Shown here piece by piece: positions 37,694-47,241 of a DNA stretch of 64,000 nt. The notes beneath the pieces were generated by a model, which did not search any database, had not been told where the DNA came from, and saw only the letters and a list, made by a program, of their open reading frames with translations. The position numbers and the translations under genes are program-made. Within the stretch, counting starts at the first letter, position 1. Each line of letters opens with the position of its first letter. The stretch lies in the NCBI GenBank assembly GCA_038326615.1, contig JBBQKF010000005.1, forward strand, positions 2,911-66,910. Reading direction: 5' to 3'. Origin of the DNA: Saccharofermentanales bacterium (GTDB taxonomy: Bacteria > Bacillota > Clostridia > Saccharofermentanales > UBA5734).

Positions 37694-37752
37694 ACTATAA
37701 TTGGTTGAATCCTTTTATGATGACATTTTATTTATATTTATTAGTTTTATGT

Positions 37753-38886
37753 TCAATTAAACACTTTTTTAATGACTTCCAGATATTCCATGCCATTTTT
37801 AATATCCGGTTCGAGATAACTGCCCTCTGTCCATTCATTCCAAGCATTTATTGTGAATATTTTTGGAGTGATGTTATTGTTATCTATAAATTCCTTTGCC
37901 TGTTCCAGTGCTTTCCCGAATTCTTCCGGTGTGTTGCCCTCAAGCGTGGAGATAAAAGGATACCCCAAGTTGTCAAAGACATCGGACTGGATTGTTCTAG
38001 GACTTGAGTCCCAGCCCATTGTAACATTTGGAAAATATGGGACATCAAAATCCCGCTTGATTTTCTCAAATTCCTTGAAAGCTTCTTCCTTACACCATGA
38101 ATAGCTGGTTTGAGGAAAATCCTTCATTTCGACATGGTGTATCCATACATATGAAGTGACGCTATTGAATCCAAGAGCCTCGATCAATTCGTTTGGATTA
38201 CTGATTTTTGTTTCACCTGGCAGGATTTGCACACCCCATATAACAGCATTCAAATGTAATTCCCCAAGTCCTGCGGTTCGTACTCTATCTCGGAAATCAT
38301 TCAGGATTCTGCTGGTATTTTCAATTCCGTTAAAACTTTCTACCAGATTCATTAATTCATAGATTGAAAAATACAGTCCGTCATTCACCTTCCAATAGGA
38401 TGGATGACCAAAATAATTTTTTATCATGTGATTTGTAGCTTTGATAAAAGCTATTTCTGTTAATTTTCCGGAAACACGGAGCGGATATGTGGCTGTTCTA
38501 GTTGCCGGGTGAATTTCCATCCAATCGTGATTTGCCCACATTAAGGCAAATTTGAGACGTTCGTTATTTTTCGCTCCTAAAAACCCCTCATCAAGGCATT
38601 TATTAAGAAATGGGCCGTCTTCGTACCAATACCAATCAAAAATGAATGTATTAATCCGGTTATCAGCGGCAGCATCTATTTTCTTTTGCATTACAATTGG
38701 TTCAGACTCATCCTCGTATCCCCAAAGCGGAATCTTTGGTTGTTCGTGTTTTGCAAATCTGGGTTTTGCATTTTTGACAATCTCCCATTCAGTCCATCCT
38801 TTTCCGTGCCAGCCTTCATTCCTTGCATCTATGTGGTAATTCGGGAAATAGTACACAGCAATTTCATAACTGTTATCCATAATCAT
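37753..38886 (-). CDS. GH99-like / WbsX-like glycosyl hydrolase-transferase family protein
   Basis: The N-terminus IAVYYFPNYHIDARNEGWHGKGWTEWEIVKNAKPRF matches the WbsX/GH99-like pattern (YYLPQFH...N..WWGKGFTEW.NV). It lies downstream of the sugar ABC genes. Confidence 0.7.
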   Translation of the reverse strand: MIMDNSYEIAVYYFPNYHIDARNEGWHGKGWTEWEIVKNAKPRFAKHEQPKIPLWGYEDESEPIVMQKKIDAAADNRINTFIFDWYWYEDGPFLNKCLDEGFLGAKNNERLKFALMWANHDWMEIHPATRTATYPLRVSGKLTEIAFIKATNHMIKNYFGHPSYWKVNDGLYFSIYELMNLVESFNGIENTSRILNDFRDRVRTAGLGELHLNAVIWGVQILPGETKISNPNELIEALGFNSVTSYVWIHHVEMKDFPQTSYSWCKEEAFKEFEKIKRDFDVPYFPNVTMGWDSSPRTIQSDVFDNLGYPFISTLEGNTPEEFGKALEQAKEFIDNNNITPKIFTINAWNEWTEGSYLEPDIKNGMEYLEVIKKVFN

Positions 38887-38908
38887 GTCCCCCCTAAATC
38901 TTATTATG

Positions 38909-39012
38909 TTTACCCTGTTACGGCACCCATTGTTATTCCTCTGTAGAAATACTTTCGCACATCTTTAACCTTTTGCGGCACCGATTGTTATTCCTATCGC
39001 TATAAAATAGTT
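38909..39012 (-). pseudogene. two decayed ghost copies of the last ~15 codons of the adjacent ABC permease gene
   Basis: 38909-38962 reads (rc) KYFYRGITMGAVTG* and 38965-39012 reads YFIAIGITIGAAKG*. The genuine 3' end at 39045-39092 reads QKYFYKGITMGAVKG*. By eye the nucleotide identity is about 85% and about 75%. Confidence 0.75.
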
Positions 39013-39042
39013 ATTTAACCATGGTTCCTGTCCCAAAGGTAA
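39010..39042. repeat. dispersed copy (inverted orientation) of the AACCATGGTT-core repeat
   Basis: The rc of 39010-39042 is GTTTTACCTTTGGGACAGGAACCATGGTTAAATAA. Compare TTTACCACAGGGACAGGAACCACGGTTAAAT at 28210-28240. Confidence 0.8.
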
Positions 39043-39044
39043 AA

Positions 39045-39881
39045 CTACCCTTTTACGGCGCCCATTGTTATGCCTTTGTAAAAATACTTTTGTGATGCTA
39101 AAAACAATGCAATAGGGGGAATCATTGCAATGATGAGCATTGCATAAATGGCTCCGTAATCCGCAGCATGTTCACTGACAAAGGAATATACTGCTAAAGT
39201 AAGAGGTTTCTTTTCCTGCGAACTAATAATCATTAACGGCATCAGAAAATCATTCCATACATATATTACCGTTATTACTGCATAGGACGCGGTAACAGGC
39301 TTTAGAAGCGGCGTTATAACCTTGAAAAATGTTTGCAAATAGTTACACCCGTCAATTTTTGCGGCTTCGTCTAGTTGTCTTGGTAATGTTTTAATAAATC
39401 CGGTGTAAAGCAAAATTCCCATAGGAATCTGAAGCGCCGAATATATTAATATCAAAGCAGTTCTGGTGTCTTTCAGTCCTAATGTAATAACAATGCTATA
39501 AAGAGTCGAAAGATTGGCAACAGCTGGAATCATCATAGCACTCAAAAAGAAATAGTACAGGAGATTGAATATCTTTTCTCGTCTCCTGGCAAGTGAATAC
39601 GCTGCAAGTGAACATAAGATTACATTCAATAAAATTGTTGCTGTTGTAATAATAGTTGAATTCAAAAAACTCCCCATCACATAGGAACTTGTAAAAACTT
39701 TTTTATAATTTTCTAAATAAAAGCTTGACGGAAAAGACAAAACTCTGTTTATTTCCCCCGTTGTCTTAAATCCCGCCATGAAAATATTTATTAGCGGTAT
39801 AAGTATTATTAATACTCCTAAATAAACAATTGCATATTTCAAAATGGAAGAAAGGTGAAAATCAGAACGTTTATTTGTCAT
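39045..39881 (-). CDS. carbohydrate ABC transporter permease (MalG-type)
   Basis: 278 aa and 6 TM, with an EAA-loop-like segment (LDEAAKIDGCNYLQTFFKVITPLLKP). Confidence 0.9.
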   Translation of the reverse strand: MTNKRSDFHLSSILKYAIVYLGVLIILIPLINIFMAGFKTTGEINRVLSFPSSFYLENYKKVFTSSYVMGSFLNSTIITTATILLNVILCSLAAYSLARRREKIFNLLYYFFLSAMMIPAVANLSTLYSIVITLGLKDTRTALILIYSALQIPMGILLYTGFIKTLPRQLDEAAKIDGCNYLQTFFKVITPLLKPVTASYAVITVIYVWNDFLMPLMIISSQEKKPLTLAVYSFVSEHAADYGAIYAMLIIAMIPPIALFLASQKYFYKGITMGAVKG

Positions 39882-39882
39882 G

Positions 39883-40785
39883 CTAATATTCCACCTCCAA
39901 TTTTCGTGTTATTCTAAGTTGTGATATTGTAACAATAGCTATGAAAATAAAGAATACAAGTCCTATGCTGCTGGCATAACCAAACCGTTCATAGGAAAAT
40001 GCATTTTCATATATTGACATACTGATGGTTTTAGATGCATTCATTGGACCACCGGATGTCAAAACAAATGGCAAATCAAACATTCTCAGCGCGCCTGTTA
40101 TGGAGACAAATGCATTTATAGTTACGGCGGGCATTAGTAACGGCAATGTTATAAACTTGAATTTTTTAAAACCTGTCGCTCCGTCAAGCATGCCGGATTC
40201 ATATACATCAATCGGAATACTGTTTAATCCTGTAAGATAAATCACCATTCCATATCCAACCCATTGCCATGCATTGATAAATATCAAAACTGGTTTAACT
40301 GACCTTATATCTCCAAGCCAGTCAAAGACTAAAAAATTCATATGTAAGGATTTTAAAAATTCATTGATAACTCCAGTGTATTGAAAAAAGCCCACCCAAG
40401 TAAGTGATACAATAACCGGACTTATAATGCATGTCATATAGAATATTGCTCTGATAAAACTTTTTCCTTTAAATTTATCATATAAAATCAGTGCCAATCC
40501 CAGTTGCAGAATCGTGCCGATTATAATTGAAAATACTGCAAGATAAATTGTGTTAAGAAATGATTGCATTATATCCGCTTCTTTAAACATCGTTACAAAA
40601 TTTTGCATCCCGATGAAATTATAATTTTTACCAAACCCGTCCCAGTCTGTAAAAGAGTATTGTAGAGTCATGAGCAATGGGATATAAGTGAATGTGAAAA
40701 AAATTAAAAGCGCAGGAATCACGCCCAGCAATGAATATATTATTTCTCTATTAATGTTTTTTCTTATTTTCATAAAATTAGTCAC
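39883..40785 (-). CDS. carbohydrate ABC transporter permease (MalF-type)
   Basis: 300 aa and 6 TM, with an EAA loop (YESGMLDGATGFKKFKFITLPLLMP). Confidence 0.9.
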   Translation of the reverse strand: MTNFMKIRKNINREIIYSLLGVIPALLIFFTFTYIPLLMTLQYSFTDWDGFGKNYNFIGMQNFVTMFKEADIMQSFLNTIYLAVFSIIIGTILQLGLALILYDKFKGKSFIRAIFYMTCIISPVIVSLTWVGFFQYTGVINEFLKSLHMNFLVFDWLGDIRSVKPVLIFINAWQWVGYGMVIYLTGLNSIPIDVYESGMLDGATGFKKFKFITLPLLMPAVTINAFVSITGALRMFDLPFVLTSGGPMNASKTISMSIYENAFSYERFGYASSIGLVFFIFIAIVTISQLRITRKLEVEY

Positions 40786-40896
40786 CTAATGTTTTTCTCA
40801 TTTAATGTTTTTCTTTATTTTCATAAAATTAGTAGCTCGATTTTTAATATTACAGGCAGGTGAATTAACCCCTGCCTGTTTGTTATTTATTGTATG

Positions 40897-42216
40897 TTAC
40901 TCTGCGATTACTATAGAAGATTTAGTCTTTTCAAATGCTGCATCAAGTTTTGTTAATTCTGTTGCTGCTGATGACCCAGCAAGAATATTTTGGAATCCAT
41001 CGTTAAATGCATCACCAATGAAACCTGAAGGAAGTTGTGCTTTTTGACCAATTATAATTGAATACTCATCAGTACTAAGATTTTTGATGTGATCTGCAAT
41101 AACCGGAGCAATAGCATAATCAAATTTCAAAAATGTTGTTAGTGACTGAGTTTCTAGATAATTTTTCAAATTCGGTTTATCAATGAAGAAATTAAACACT
41201 TTTTTCGCTTCGTCCAGATGCTTCGATTTTGCTGATATTGCTATCAATCTATCAACTTCACCCATAGCATATTTTTTGCCATTTATAGGATCTACAGGGG
41301 CTGTAAAAGCCGCCAATTTAAACTTTGCAGGATCCGCTGCTGCAATTTCTGGTAGACCGACAACCCAAGGACCTTGTGGTAGCATTGCTGCTTTTCCGTC
41401 GATGAAATATGGTACTGACTGAGGCCATGTCAGAGTAAGACTTGCTTTGCCTATGTATTTTTTCGTAGCCATTACTGAAGCCATATCAAATTCATTTTTA
41501 AACATCGCAGATGGCTTGATTTCACCATTGGCAAGAGCCAATGCCCATTCAGGCGTCTTTTCAAGCATTCCGCTGTATTGTCTGTACCTAAAGAAGAATT
41601 CTGTTGGCCACTTGTCTTTTCCACCAAATACAATTGGTTCAACTCCGTCAGCTTTTATTTTCTCACAAAGAGCATAAAATTCAGTAATAGTAGTAGGTAT
41701 TGTCAATTTAAGCTTGTCAAAATAGATTTTATTATAATATATTGGTAATGGTCCACCATTAGTATTGATTGGGAAACCATATTTTTTGCTACTGACAGTA
41801 AAAACTTTATCTAATCCAGGTGAAGTCGCCAGTAAAGCCATGCTTGATTGGTCAGTGACATCAGCAAGATGTCCCTCTTTAACAAATTTTGGATATTGTG
41901 CCCATTGAAGAAGCATAACATCGGGTGCATCACCTGACAAAATTCTTGTTTTTAGCAGTTTATCGTAGTTTACTCCATCAAGAGCTTCATCTTGGATTAT
42001 AATATTTGGGTTTGCATCCATAAATGATTTTAGTACTGGCTTATCCTCGCCTTTTGTCATCCATGAAACATATTTCAAAGTGACCTTTTCTTGTACTGCT
42101 TGTGTTGGAGTCACGGTATCAGATTTGGCTGGAGTTGTGGGGTTTGTACCGCATCCTGGAAACAAAGCTGCTATTATTACCAACGATGTAAGGACAGTGA
42201 TAATTCTTTTTAACAT
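40897..42216 (-). CDS. extracellular solute-binding lipoprotein of the sugar ABC transporter
   Basis: A signal peptide with a lipobox (LFPGCG). It is 439 aa and is the first gene of the transporter operon. Confidence 0.85.
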   Translation of the reverse strand: MLKRIITVLTSLVIIAALFPGCGTNPTTPAKSDTVTPTQAVQEKVTLKYVSWMTKGEDKPVLKSFMDANPNIIIQDEALDGVNYDKLLKTRILSGDAPDVMLLQWAQYPKFVKEGHLADVTDQSSMALLATSPGLDKVFTVSSKKYGFPINTNGGPLPIYYNKIYFDKLKLTIPTTITEFYALCEKIKADGVEPIVFGGKDKWPTEFFFRYRQYSGMLEKTPEWALALANGEIKPSAMFKNEFDMASVMATKKYIGKASLTLTWPQSVPYFIDGKAAMLPQGPWVVGLPEIAAADPAKFKLAAFTAPVDPINGKKYAMGEVDRLIAISAKSKHLDEAKKVFNFFIDKPNLKNYLETQSLTTFLKFDYAIAPVIADHIKNLSTDEYSIIIGQKAQLPSGFIGDAFNDGFQNILAGSSAATELTKLDAAFEKTKSSIVIAE

Positions 42217-42612
42217 TTAAGTTCCTCCTCATAATATCAATATTTGCCGATTTTCTTTCCCTTGGTAATTTGTAAAGTCTTTACGCCATTATGATATCAC
42301 GATTATTCCAAATACATTAGTATTAATATTTTGAGAAAAGGTGTACAATTTTGTCCTGTTTTGTCAAATTTTGCTTTTTTGTCGAAATTTGCTTCTTTTT
42401 AAAAAAGCCATTAGTTATAGTGACCCCTATTTCAATCGGTATATGACCAATGGAGCTACTCAATGGGTAGCTAGTTAGTGACTAATTGATGGCTAGTTAG
42501 TGGTTAGCAGATGTCCATTGGCTGAGCTAAGTATTATCTTGACAAATAATTTATTTTATGTTTATGTAATATAAAGTTGATAAAAGTGGCAATCAATTTG
42601 AAGGAGGTTACT

Positions 42613-44478
42613 ATGGTAAAAATGGCAACTCCAATTTCATTTCTAAAGAAAATAATTGGAATTTTCAGAAGAAATATCAAGTATAAATTGTTTGTCATTT
42701 ATGTTGTGATTATTACACTGCCTATTCTGTTTTTTGGCGTTTTATCATACCAAATGTCCTCATCTGTCCTTCAAAATGATTTTATTAAATACAAGCAACA
42801 AATAAACGAGCAAGTTGTGAGAAACATTGATGAAAATTTGAAAAGTCTTGAAAGGCAATCCATGTCAGTTTATACAAACATAAACGATATGTTTATTGTT
42901 ATAAACACCCCCGCAAATAAGTTCGATACACTCTACTTGCAAGCATACGACCGTGTCGCAAACTTTTTCCGAAGTGTTATTCAGAGCAATGATAGAATTT
43001 TCGGTTTCACTCTAGTCTCTTTGGATGGTGAGATAAAATTTTATCTAGACCGGTATGTCGGAAACTTAAATCTATATAATGTTAAAAATGATCTCTGGTT
43101 CGAAAAAACTTTATCTTTGAATGGCGCTCCACTATTACTTGAACCTCATTTAAATAATTTTTTGGCGCCTGATGGCTACAATAGAAATAAAGTCATATCT
43201 ATTACAAGAACATTAATTGACCTCGAAAAGGATAAGGCTTCAGGCATATTAATCCTGGATCAGGACGTCACTCAATTTTCGGGAATTGCAACAAATGTGG
43301 AAATTGATCCCCAAGAAACAATTGTTATCATTGATAATTCATCTACCGTTATTACTTCAAACAAAGTTTTAAAAGAAAGTGTATTGAAAACACTTCTTTC
43401 TATAACTTCATCGAATGCGCCAGGTTTTAGCAGTACAAAAATCGACAATGAAAACGTGCTTATAAATTATGGGGAGTCAAAAGAATTTGGATGGAAAGTA
43501 ATCTCGATGTTACCGGTATCTGTAATTAATCAGAAGGGACTGTTTTTAAGAAACATTAACTTTTCACTACTAATTATTATGATAATATTTTCTCTTTTGA
43601 TTTCTATAATAATTTCAAATTTTATAACAATTCCTCTTAAAAAGTTAATGCTTTCATTTAAAAAATTACAACAAGGCGATTTTAATACCGCAGTATCAAT
43701 AAAAGGAGAGGACGAACTAGCACAGATAGGAAACACATTTAATACAATGGTAGTCAATATGCATGGGTTGATAGAACAAAAATATGAGATCGGACTTCTT
43801 CGCAAACAAGCAGAGCTTGAGTCACTTCAAAGTCAAATCAATCCGCATTTCCTTTATAATACACTTTCATCTATAAAAGCTGTTATTAGCCGACGGGATT
43901 TTGACAAAGCTTTGACTATTGTTCAAAATTTGTCGGATATTTTTAGGTATAACCTAAACCGAGGTAAATATATCGTTAAATTTTCGGAAGAGCTAGATCA
44001 TATGAAGAAATATTTATCAATCCAGGAATGTAGGTTTTTAGGAAAATATGAAGTGATATATGATATTGACGATGAGGTATTAAATTTGGATATTATCCGA
44101 CTAACTCTTCAGCCTATTGTAGAAAACGCATTATACCATGGGATTGAGGCCAAAAGAGGCAAAGGAGAAATTAGAATTGCTGCAAAAGTCTTTGACAATG
44201 ATTACTATATCTATATTTCTGATAATGGACTTGGCATATCTGAAGCTGAACTTATACAGATAAATCAGGAACTTGAAGCTAATCCAGAAGTACAATTAAA
44301 GAATAACATCGAAAAACAAGGCATCTTTAACGTTAATGCACGGATAAAATTTTATTTCGGGAACACTTACGGTATAAAAATTGTTAGTAGTCAAAATATA
44401 AATACGACAGTAAAAATAACCTTACCAATTAGTAAAAAAACTAAGGAGTTGACATCAGATGCAGATTTTAGTTGTTGA
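42613..44478 (+). CDS. sensor histidine kinase, YesM-like (2 TM, Cache-like, HAMP, His_kinase, HATPase)
   Basis: LQSQINPHFLYNTLSSI (PF06580-type H-box) and LQPIVENALYHG (N-box). The ATG at 42613 follows AAGGAGG. Confidence 0.9.
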   Translation: MVKMATPISFLKKIIGIFRRNIKYKLFVIYVVIITLPILFFGVLSYQMSSSVLQNDFIKYKQQINEQVVRNIDENLKSLERQSMSVYTNINDMFIVINTPANKFDTLYLQAYDRVANFFRSVIQSNDRIFGFTLVSLDGEIKFYLDRYVGNLNLYNVKNDLWFEKTLSLNGAPLLLEPHLNNFLAPDGYNRNKVISITRTLIDLEKDKASGILILDQDVTQFSGIATNVEIDPQETIVIIDNSSTVITSNKVLKESVLKTLLSITSSNAPGFSSTKIDNENVLINYGESKEFGWKVISMLPVSVINQKGLFLRNINFSLLIIMIIFSLLISIIISNFITIPLKKLMLSFKKLQQGDFNTAVSIKGEDELAQIGNTFNTMVVNMHGLIEQKYEIGLLRKQAELESLQSQINPHFLYNTLSSIKAVISRRDFDKALTIVQNLSDIFRYNLNRGKYIVKFSEELDHMKKYLSIQECRFLGKYEVIYDIDDEVLNLDIIRLTLQPIVENALYHGIEAKRGKGEIRIAAKVFDNDYYIYISDNGLGISEAELIQINQELEANPEVQLKNNIEKQGIFNVNARIKFYFGNTYGIKIVSSQNINTTVKITLPISKKTKELTSDADFSC

Positions 44479-46075
44479 TGACGAGGCACTTGTTAGGGAA
44501 AGTGTTGTTAATAGTCTAAAGAGCTTTGGAATTGATGATATTTTAGTTGCACAGGATGGTTTTGATGCGTTAAAATTGCTAAATGTATCCAAGCCAGATA
44601 TTGTCATTACCGATATCAGAATGCCGGAGATGGATGGAATTGAATTTCTGTCAAAATCCAGGGAGATTCATCCTGATCTAATATTTATTTTGCTAAGCGG
44701 ATATGAATTGTTTGAGTACGCACATAAAGCGATACAATATGGTGCTTTTTCATATCTTTTAAAACCAGTGAGTGACGAAGAATTGAAATCAGTAATTGAA
44801 AATGCTATTGAGACAATTTCCCGCAAAAACAAACAGCGTGAATTCAATTCACTTATGCGTATTGGTGGCACCCAAGGTGCTGATTTTTTAAAAACTCGCC
44901 TAATTTCTGAATTAGTTAAAGGCGATTTTGTTAATACGGAATATAGCGAAACAAAACTCAAGGAACTACATATAAACTTTGACAAGGAGTTCTTCCAAAT
45001 ATTTTTGGTAAGTATTGATTATTTCAAAACATTAGAAGGAGTTTCTTCGAAAGAATACGAATTATCAAAATTCAGTATTAATAACATCACATCAGAGATA
45101 TTAGCTAACAATAATATCTCGATGTATCCTTTTGACTATGAAACCGGCATGGGTTTTCTATTGAACATTTCGTCGGACAGCGTTTTCAATGACAAAATGA
45201 TTTTGTTGCCATTATTGGGTGAGATTTTGGAAAACGTTAATCTTTTTCTGGATTTTTCTGTAACAATAGGCGTAGGGATGATTGTTAGCAGTATTTTTGA
45301 TTTATCCAACTCTTATATCCATGCTCAGGAATCTGTTCTGCAAAGATTAGCAAGAGGTGGAAACCAAGTGTTTTTTCATGATAAAGCAACTGTATCAAAA
45401 GATACCACAATCAAAATAGGATTTAAAACCGAAGAAAGTTTTAAGGCATGTTTCGAGAAATGTGACAAGCTCGGTGCGATAAATATTATTAAGAATTTAT
45501 ATGAGCCTTTTGAAAGTGTTGAAATTATTGATATTGGTAATTTGCATAAATTGAATTTTCAGTTGATATTGCTTATTTATAAGATAGTTAACGCATTAGG
45601 ATTAAACTCCGAGGAACTATTAGGTGATGAGTTTGTGCTATATAATTCTTTAAATGCACAATATAGTTTTAAGGCAATTATTAAATATTTCGACGAATTG
45701 CTAGAGATTTGCTTGGCGAGCATTATTCTATTGAACGAAAAAGGCAATATGAAAATTATGGAGATTACAAAAGAGTTTATTGCTAAAAATTACAATAAGG
45801 ATATAACCCTTAAAACTATTTCCGGCAATGTTCATTTAAGCACAGCATATTTCAGTAAGCAATTTAAGCTTTATTTCGGAGAAAATTTTAGTGACTATAT
45901 TATCAATTATAGAATTAACAACGCAAAAGAATTTTTGAAAGCAGGAATTTATAAGGCAACTGAAGTTTCGAAAATAGTAGGATTCAATGACGAAAAATAC
46001 TTTTATAAGGTTTTTAAGCGACATACCGGATTTACTCCGACGGAATACAAAGATATTTATAGGAATTCTAAATAG
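44459..46075 (+). CDS. response regulator with an AraC-type HTH output (YesN-like)
   Basis: The REC domain is MQILVVDDE...DIVITDIRMPEMDG...LLKP. The C-terminal AraC HTH is NYRINNAKEFL...VGFNDEKYFYKVFKRHTGFTPTEYK. Confidence 0.9.
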   Translation: MQILVVDDEALVRESVVNSLKSFGIDDILVAQDGFDALKLLNVSKPDIVITDIRMPEMDGIEFLSKSREIHPDLIFILLSGYELFEYAHKAIQYGAFSYLLKPVSDEELKSVIENAIETISRKNKQREFNSLMRIGGTQGADFLKTRLISELVKGDFVNTEYSETKLKELHINFDKEFFQIFLVSIDYFKTLEGVSSKEYELSKFSINNITSEILANNNISMYPFDYETGMGFLLNISSDSVFNDKMILLPLLGEILENVNLFLDFSVTIGVGMIVSSIFDLSNSYIHAQESVLQRLARGGNQVFFHDKATVSKDTTIKIGFKTEESFKACFEKCDKLGAINIIKNLYEPFESVEIIDIGNLHKLNFQLILLIYKIVNALGLNSEELLGDEFVLYNSLNAQYSFKAIIKYFDELLEICLASIILLNEKGNMKIMEITKEFIAKNYNKDITLKTISGNVHLSTAYFSKQFKLYFGENFSDYIINYRINNAKEFLKAGIYKATEVSKIVGFNDEKYFYKVFKRHTGFTPTEYKDIYRNSK

Positions 46076-46272
46076 AAATTCATTCTAATAAGGAGTATAA
46101 TAAAAAATGAGCGCATAAAATGATTTTGTCAATATATGGATTTTCAATTAGTTCTCAATAAAATGCACCCAACTCACAAAATACTCTTTATACTATTCAC
46201 ATTAGGATGTTTTACAACTCAATTATATCAATAATAGTTAACACTATAATTAAAATAGAGAGGGAAATAAAT

Positions 46273-47241
46273 ATGGTAATTTACAAAACAAAGAAACACA
46301 CAATGAGAGTTAAGTTGATCTTCAATCCAATTGCAGGGGCAAATTCTGAATCACCTCTCCAACTAATGGACGTAATCCAGGAATTGCAGGCATGGAGGAT
46401 TAATGCAGAACCCTATTTGATAGAGCCCGAAAGCGATTTAAAAAAAGTCGTTCTTGATGCAATAGGTCAAGGAATCAAGATGATTGTGGTCTGCGGTGGA
46501 GATGGTACAGTCTCTTCAGTTGCTAGAGCAATTATCGGAACAACCGCAACACTTGGAATTATACCAACGGGGACGCAAAATAATGTAGCCTTTAGCCTGG
46601 GTATCCCAAACGACATCCCGTCTGCAATTGCTATTTTACGGACAGGCAAACTTTTGAAAATCGATATTGGCTTATGTACATTTAATAAAGTCTGTACACC
46701 ATTTATTGAGGTTTGTTCGGTTGGTTTATTTTCCACCCTATTTTCTTCTGCTGATGACATTCAACACGGGCATTTGACGCGCATCGGAGATTTCCTGACA
46801 AAACTCACATCAACTCCTTCCTCAGACATCCATATCTCACTTGATGATAATCCAGAAATCAATATGCAGGGACATCTGGTATTGGTTTCTAATATGCCTT
46901 ATATAGTTCGTCATTATAAAGTTGGCGAGGTGGATTGCTTTACCAACGGACTGCTCGATGTTCTGTTTTTTGCAGATTTATCAAAACTTGATTTGGTGAA
47001 CTATTTTATCAAAGGTCCAGGAACTGACAAAAACGAGGATTCCCGCATTCAGCATTATAGTGTGCGCAGTATCACAATCGGCACTAACCCTACAATGCCT
47101 ATAATGGTTGATGGAATAACTCTTGGTGAAGGGTCGCTGCGCATCGAAGTAAAGCCTCATGGAATGTCTGTCATGGCTGGGATAGCCAAGGTGGATGAAA
47201 CTGCTGCTAATGCAGATACAAATTTGGAGGGATTGCTTTGA
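46273..47241 (+). CDS. diacylglycerol-kinase-catalytic-domain lipid kinase (YegS/BmrU family), copy 1
   Basis: KLIFNPIAG..., the VVCGGDGTVSSVA (GGDGT) motif, and IPTGTQNNVA. The ATG at 46273 follows GAGAGGGA. Confidence 0.85.
   Translation: MVIYKTKKHTMRVKLIFNPIAGANSESPLQLMDVIQELQAWRINAEPYLIEPESDLKKVVLDAIGQGIKMIVVCGGDGTVSSVARAIIGTTATLGIIPTGTQNNVAFSLGIPNDIPSAIAILRTGKLLKIDIGLCTFNKVCTPFIEVCSVGLFSTLFSSADDIQHGHLTRIGDFLTKLTSTPSSDIHISLDDNPEINMQGHLVLVSNMPYIVRHYKVGEVDCFTNGLLDVLFFADLSKLDLVNYFIKGPGTDKNEDSRIQHYSVRSITIGTNPTMPIMVDGITLGEGSLRIEVKPHGMSVMAGIAKVDETAANADTNLEGLL

Noticed and set aside
28305-37718. Interpreting the three hairpin elements as integron attC sites (a CALIN-like cassette array).
   Set aside because: There are no RYYYAAC / GTTRRRY core sites at the stem ends. 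The hairpins are followed by U-tracts like ordinary intrinsic terminators. The modules are multi-gene with their own promoters, and no integron integrase is present.
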